From a virus (taxonomy: Duplodnaviria; Caudoviricetes), in the IMG/VR virus record IMGVR_UViG_3300031867_000018, positions 32,001 to 96,000 of that record: DNA of 64,000 nt. One strand, 5' to 3'. Shown piece after piece: positions 59,592-64,000 of this stretch. Position numbers and translations under genes: made by a program. The notes under the pieces are model-generated. The model saw nothing but the letters and a program-made list of their open reading frames with translations. It was not told the DNA's origin and did not search any database. The first letter of the stretch is position 1. Every line of letters begins with the position of its first letter.

Positions 59592-59843
59592 TTATATTTG
59601 TATAGATAAAATACTCGTTTTATTGGTATCTTTTAATTTTTTACAATTTATTTTATTATGTTGTATTGCACTTTGTAAATAATCTTCACATTCCCAGATA
59701 TTTATTTCGTCATAATTACTATTAAATGCGAAATCTTCAATCTCGTTTCGGTATTCGCCCTTCGCAATATTAATAGCTGTACTTTCGTCATCAGCATCTA
59801 CTATGTAACTAAAATGTTTTGTAAACCATACATTATATCTCAT
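59592..59843 (-). CDS. Hypothetical protein
   Basis: AAGGTGG RBS. Confidence 0.45.
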   Translation of the reverse strand: MRYNVWFTKHFSYIVDADDESTAINIAKGEYRNEIEDFAFNSNYDEINIWECEDYLQSAIQHNKINCKKLKDTNKTSILSIQI

Positions 59844-60095
59844 ATTTCTGTGCCACCTTTCATTTATAATTCCCTCATCAATATTTCCGAAATCGTTATC
59901 TGATGAAATTCATTTATTTTTAGAGTCATAAAAATATTCCCAATACATCTCATCGTAATCACCGTATTTCGTCAAAAATTTTTCATGCGCTTCATTCATG
60001 GCTTCTTTTAATGATTCTGTTTCAATTATATATTCTTCTTCTACTAGTTTCCTTACTTTAACTATGTATTTTGTCATTTATAATCATCTCTTTCC

Positions 60096-60782
60096 TTATT
60101 GTTTTTTCTTATTGTTTAAATAGTCGCAAAACTTTTGACATTCTTCTTTATCAAAGAAAATTATTCCGTCGTATACACTTATATCTTCATATTTTTGCCA
60201 TTGATATATTTCCGATGTTTCACAAAATGTATATTGATCGGTCTCATCTCCATCACAATTTTTATTTCGGCTATACCTAAAATAAAGATATACATCGCTA
60301 TTTTTCCTGTGTTTGGGTATAAATTGAGATATTTCAAAACGCTCTGCTTCAACAGGATAATAAATACATTTTTGTTCTCTGCATTCGCACTTTTCTGTTT
60401 GGTCACGTCCTCTCGGTGATTTGTAGTGAATATACCCATCTTTATCACATTTTTCACACTTATCATGAATATATTCGTACTTATACTGAACTGCCCAAGC
60501 CGTTTCTGTAAATGGTTTTATTATTTCATAAAGTCTTGCTTTTTTCACTTCATTCTCTGCCTGAGATATTTTAATATTCAATTCGGATTTAAGATTTTCC
60601 AATTCTCTGATTTTTGCTTCCCAATTCTCTTTTATATCTGTTAATTCTGCGTTGTCTTTTTCGAGTTGTGATATTTTATCCAAAATTTCTTGCTTTACAG
60701 ATTTCCTCAAAGAATTTTTCAACTCTTCGATTTGCATATCAAATTCCGATGGCTCGTAAAAATCTTCTTCGTCATACCACAT
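60096..60782 (-). CDS. Hypothetical phage protein (coiled coil + CxxC)
   Basis: 228-aa ORF, GAGG RBS. Confidence 0.6.
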   Translation of the reverse strand: MWYDEEDFYEPSEFDMQIEELKNSLRKSVKQEILDKISQLEKDNAELTDIKENWEAKIRELENLKSELNIKISQAENEVKKARLYEIIKPFTETAWAVQYKYEYIHDKCEKCDKDGYIHYKSPRGRDQTEKCECREQKCIYYPVEAERFEISQFIPKHRKNSDVYLYFRYSRNKNCDGDETDQYTFCETSEIYQWQKYEDISVYDGIIFFDKEECQKFCDYLNNKKKQ

Positions 60783-60784
60783 AT

Positions 60785-61189
60785 CTATTCCTCGCTTTCT
60801 ATAATTGTTTCTGCACTTATAATCTCATTTAATGCTGCTTCTGCACCATCAGCTTTATAAGAGTATGCTCTATACCTTCCGAAACTTTTATCCGTATCAA
60901 AATAAACATCTGGGTGATAGCACTTCCCCGATGTTGTTTCAAATTTTTCAATAAGATTATTTATTTTCGTTGTTACTTTGTCTTTGTTTATTAATTCACC
61001 ATGCTTTTTAGGTATCTCTACAAGTGGGCATTCTTTATCTCTTATCAATTCATTTTCCAAACGATGAAAATTAACTAAACAAAAATAATTGTCTACTACT
61101 TTATTTCCAACTATTTCATTTTCAAATTCAAGAAAATTACAAGTTCCACAGCATTTCGGCATTTCCATACCTTTAATCAAAACACTCAT
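60785..61189 (-). CDS. Hypothetical phage protein
   Basis: MSVLIKGMEMPKCC..C..CPLVE pattern. Confidence 0.6.
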   Translation of the reverse strand: MSVLIKGMEMPKCCGTCNFLEFENEIVGNKVVDNYFCLVNFHRLENELIRDKECPLVEIPKKHGELINKDKVTTKINNLIEKFETTSGKCYHPDVYFDTDKSFGRYRAYSYKADGAEAALNEIISAETIIESEE

Positions 61190-61485
61190 TTATTTCCCTC
61201 CCAATCCAACTTCTGACCGCAATTACCACAATAATTTGTTTTACCTGTTCCTTCGATAAATGCAACATTACAATTAGGACAACGATACTTCCCAACAGGT
61301 GTTCTTTCTTTTTTGAGAATTTTGGGGATTTGTTTTCTAAGAATTTCTATTGCACTATCTAATGCTGCAATCATCTTATTCCAATTTTCATTTTGCATAC
61401 CCGTTCTCAATTCATGGTGTTTGCGGACAATTCCAAGATATTTAATAATATCACCTATGTTTATATCATTTTCTTTCTCATACAT
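61186..61485 (-). CDS. Zn-ribbon phage protein
   Basis: KQIPK..CPNC..NYCGNCGQKLDW. Confidence 0.65.
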   Translation of the reverse strand: MYEKENDINIGDIIKYLGIVRKHHELRTGMQNENWNKMIAALDSAIEILRKQIPKILKKERTPVGKYRCPNCNVAFIEGTGKTNYCGNCGQKLDWEGNK

Positions 61486-61506
61486 TCGATTATCCTCCTT
61501 TACGTT

Positions 61507-61701
61507 TTAAGCTAAATAATATCCTCTACTTTTGACATTTTTCCATTCGTCTGCGAAGAAAATTTTCTCTGCTTCCGATAAATTCCCATAACAATTAACT
61601 ATCATCTTAACCTTGATGATGCTTCTTCCACCTATGCAATTTACTATTTCTTCAGAATATATTTCTTTTATATAATTTTCCAGTAGATTAATTCTTTTCA
61701 C
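61507..61701 (-). CDS. Hypothetical protein
   Basis: 64-aa ORF in operon orientation. Confidence 0.45.
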   Translation of the reverse strand: MKRINLLENYIKEIYSEEIVNCIGGRSIIKVKMIVNCYGNLSEAEKIFFADEWKNVKSRGYYLA

Positions 61702-61724
61702 CTCGTTCAGTCAATATTTGTTTA

Positions 61725-63278
61725 TTATCCTTTTTTACTTCCAATAGCATCTTTGATTCCTTCTGCAATTTTAGTTGCTAATTTTACAGGGACAGCATTA
61801 CCGATCTGAGTGTACATTTTATTCAGACTTCCGGTAAATTCGTATGATAAAGGAAATGATTGCAGTATAGCACATTCTCTGACACTTAATCTTCTCAGCT
61901 TATTAACATGGATCTCAGGGCTGGTCGCAGTGATCGTATCGCTTGGTCGATCCCAGTTAGTGATCCTTAAAGATTGCTCGAATTGTATTTCCTTTTCGAC
62001 CATGGTAGTTACGACTTTATCGTATTTATCATCGAAACCAAGTATTCTTTTTAGTTCCCACCAATCACTCGGCTTGGGTATACTTCCGGAATTATTATCC
62101 TTTCTGAACCAATGACCTGCTGTATATGAATATCCGAAGTGTTCATCGATTTTTTTTGTAGTCCATTGAGTACCGTCACGCCATTTTTTTAAATAATCGC
62201 AGATATCATGCTGATCAACTTCATATTTCCTTCCCCAGAAGGTATCAGCGACATTTTCGGAAGCGATATGATTTTTAATTATTATTTCATCACAGTCTTT
62301 ATCGACTCCAAGTATTGAATAAAATCCATCTATATCACAAAGTCCTGTCTTTTTGATATGTTCTTTGATCTCATTATTACTGATACAGATATCTTTTTTT
62401 GTAAGCATTTTATCTGCCAAAAAACCTATAGCCTGTTCGGTAGTTATAGCAGGGAGCAATTCATCGGAAGGCTTGGAAATTCCTTCTACAAAATGTGTTT
62501 TTACGGGATAGGGGTTTTCGACACCGATCCTGTTGCCGATTATAACAACTCTTTCTCTTGTCTGAGGTACACCGTATTCAGCGGCATTAAGAATAGCTGC
62601 ATCTACTTTATAACCTATAGTATTACCGTCTTTATCCTTTAAATTTTCAAAATCGGATTTGATCATTTCAAAAACTTTGCCGTTTTCAATGGATAGTAAA
62701 CCTTTGACGTTTTCTGCAACGAAAAATTTTGGCTTTTTATCCGAAATAACACGAAGCATTTCTTTATATAAGAAATTTCTTTTATCTTTCATAGATCTTT
62801 TGGTATTTGCAACCGAAAAACCCTGACAGGGGAAACCGCCGATTATAACATCGGCATCATCGGGTATATCACTATCAGATATTTTAGTTATATCCCCGTG
62901 TATTATGTGCTTGCCGATATTTTTTCTGTAGGAATCCACTGCTTCTTCAAAAAAATCATTAGCCCAGATTATTTCAAATCCGGCATTGACAAATCCCATA
63001 TCCATGCCGCCGGCTCCTGAAAATAATGAAACTACCTTTAATTTGTCGGGATCATTCTGAATAACATATTCTTCATTTTCGTCCCTGACTAATTCAAAAA
63101 TATCACTTATATCACAATTAAGAACATTACATATTTTAACTAATACATCGGAGCTGACGATCTCCTGCTTTCCTATTTTAGCAAGGGTGTTGCTGCTGAT
63201 CTTTGCCTGTTTACGAAGATCTGTTTTAGACATGTTTTTATCTATCAATAATTTAAGTAATTTATTATAACATGCTTT
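61725..63278 (-). CDS. C5-cytosine methyltransferase with N-terminal XRE HTH
   Basis: HTH (KLLIDKNMSKTDL..KICNVLNCDISDI), SLFSGAGG, GGFPCQGFS, AENVKG, VPQTRER, RRLSVREC, QIGNAV. Confidence 0.92.
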   Translation of the reverse strand, partial: KACYNKLLKLLIDKNMSKTDLRKQAKISSNTLAKIGKQEIVSSDVLVKICNVLNCDISDIFELVRDENEEYVIQNDPDKLKVVSLFSGAGGMDMGFVNAGFEIIWANDFFEEAVDSYRKNIGKHIIHGDITKISDSDIPDDADVIIGGFPCQGFSVANTKRSMKDKRNFLYKEMLRVISDKKPKFFVAENVKGLLSIENGKVFEMIKSDFENLKDKDGNTIGYKVDAAILNAAEYGVPQTRERVVIIGNRIGVENPYPVKTHFVEGISKPSDELLPAITTEQAIGFLADKMLTKKDICISNNEIKEHIKKTGLCDIDGFYSILGVDKDCDEIIIKNHIASENVADTFWGRKYEVDQHDICDYLKKWRDGTQWTTKKIDEHFGYSYTAGHWFRKDNNSGSIPKPSDWWELKRILGFDDKYDKVVTTMVEKEIQFEQSLRITNWDRPSDTITATSPEIHVNKLRRLSVRECAILQSFPLSYEFTGSLNKMYTQIGNAVPVKLATKIAEGIKDAIGSKKG

Positions 63279-63517
63279 CATCTTTGTATTCCTCTCCATA
63301 CACAGATATTTATTGTGTTTTCGGTCGGCACAATATCCTCAACATACAAATTCAAGAATGACCTTATAAATGGTTTGATTTCCAGTAATTCTCCTCTGAA
63401 AGATGTTCTAACTCCACTATCGTCCTCTACGAATATGCAAAAATGTATTTTATATACTTTCAAAATTTCCAATATATCTATTACTTCTGACAGGGTTTTC
63501 TTTTCCAATTTTACCAC
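63278..63517 (-). CDS. Hypothetical protein
   Basis: 79-aa ORF. Confidence 0.4.
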   Translation of the reverse strand: MVKLEKKTLSEVIDILEILKVYKIHFCIFVEDDSGVRTSFRGELLEIKPFIRSFLNLYVEDIVPTENTINICVWRGIQR

Positions 63518-64000
63518 CTCTTTTAATTACTCTTGTTTGCTTCTATGGCTTCTTCCTCACTCACATATTCTATATTGTCAGATTTTCCAATGTAACTGTA
63601 TGCAGTAAACATATATTCTTCTTCGTTGTCAAAATTGTCACATAACGGCATATTACTCCCTCTCCTTTCTCTTTCTGTTATTTTTCCACAATTAATTCGC
63701 CTATTTCCCCGTCGAAACTTTCTCTGTCGATTTCCCATATTAATCCGATATATGCACACCTGAAAACATGCGAATTATTCTTAATCAAATTCTTTTTAGC
63801 ACAATTCGGGATTAGAACATCGGGAGTGTTTATTTCATTTACGCAATAATGTATCTCACTTTCAACAAACTTGTCCCAATTTTCCTCAAAATCCTTATCA
63901 GTCGATGTTGTATGCTCAAAATAGTGCATCTGCTCGTTGAAAAAATCATACTGTGTGATAAATTCCCAAGATGTGTCATATCCAACATCGCTAAGAATAC

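Noticed and set aside
1-64000. Alternative genetic code or stop-codon readthrough
   Set aside because: Long genes are intact under code 11; interruptions are explained by frameshifts, an intron or mini-ORFs.

Overview
The whole window is part of a large, AT-rich temperate siphophage genome from a Firmicutes (Clostridia-like) host, SPbeta-like in organisation. The plus strand (1-17.1 kb) carries a RecU-like resolvase, a tnpB-only IS200/IS605 element and the tail module (2435-aa tape measure, Dit, Tal-like and two tail-tip genes). An apparently intact attP and a Tn916-type integrase/excisionase follow. The long minus-strand arm holds: (i) nucleotide metabolism genes (dut, FTR-like gene, nrdG, nrdD split by a group I intron with an HNH endonuclease, nrdH, 5'-nucleotidase, gmk, HPr-like, thyX); (ii) about seven DNA methyltransferase loci plus a radical SAM gene; (iii) replication genes (intein-containing DnaE, primase-helicase, PD-(D/E)XK nuclease, SSB, Sak4-like ATPase); (iv) a second TnpB directly behind a type II-A-like CRISPR mini-array; (v) a sigma factor, a cI/cro-like switch and an AAA-ATPase/HEPN moron. 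The most unusual observations are: a split, permuted C5 methyltransferase whose ~12 target-recognition-domain (TRD)-like modules are mostly separate 45-60-codon overlapping mini-ORFs, several with poly-G tracts; the CRISPR mini-array/TnpB pair; tandem structured RNAs whose loops are antisense to RBS+ATG regions; simple-sequence repeats concentrated in methylase genes; and palindromic 18-bp sites bracketing methylase cassettes. Caveat: several single-base homopolymer frameshifts also occur in unrelated genes, so some indels may be sequencing errors. All protein calls come from motif recognition only, with no database searches.
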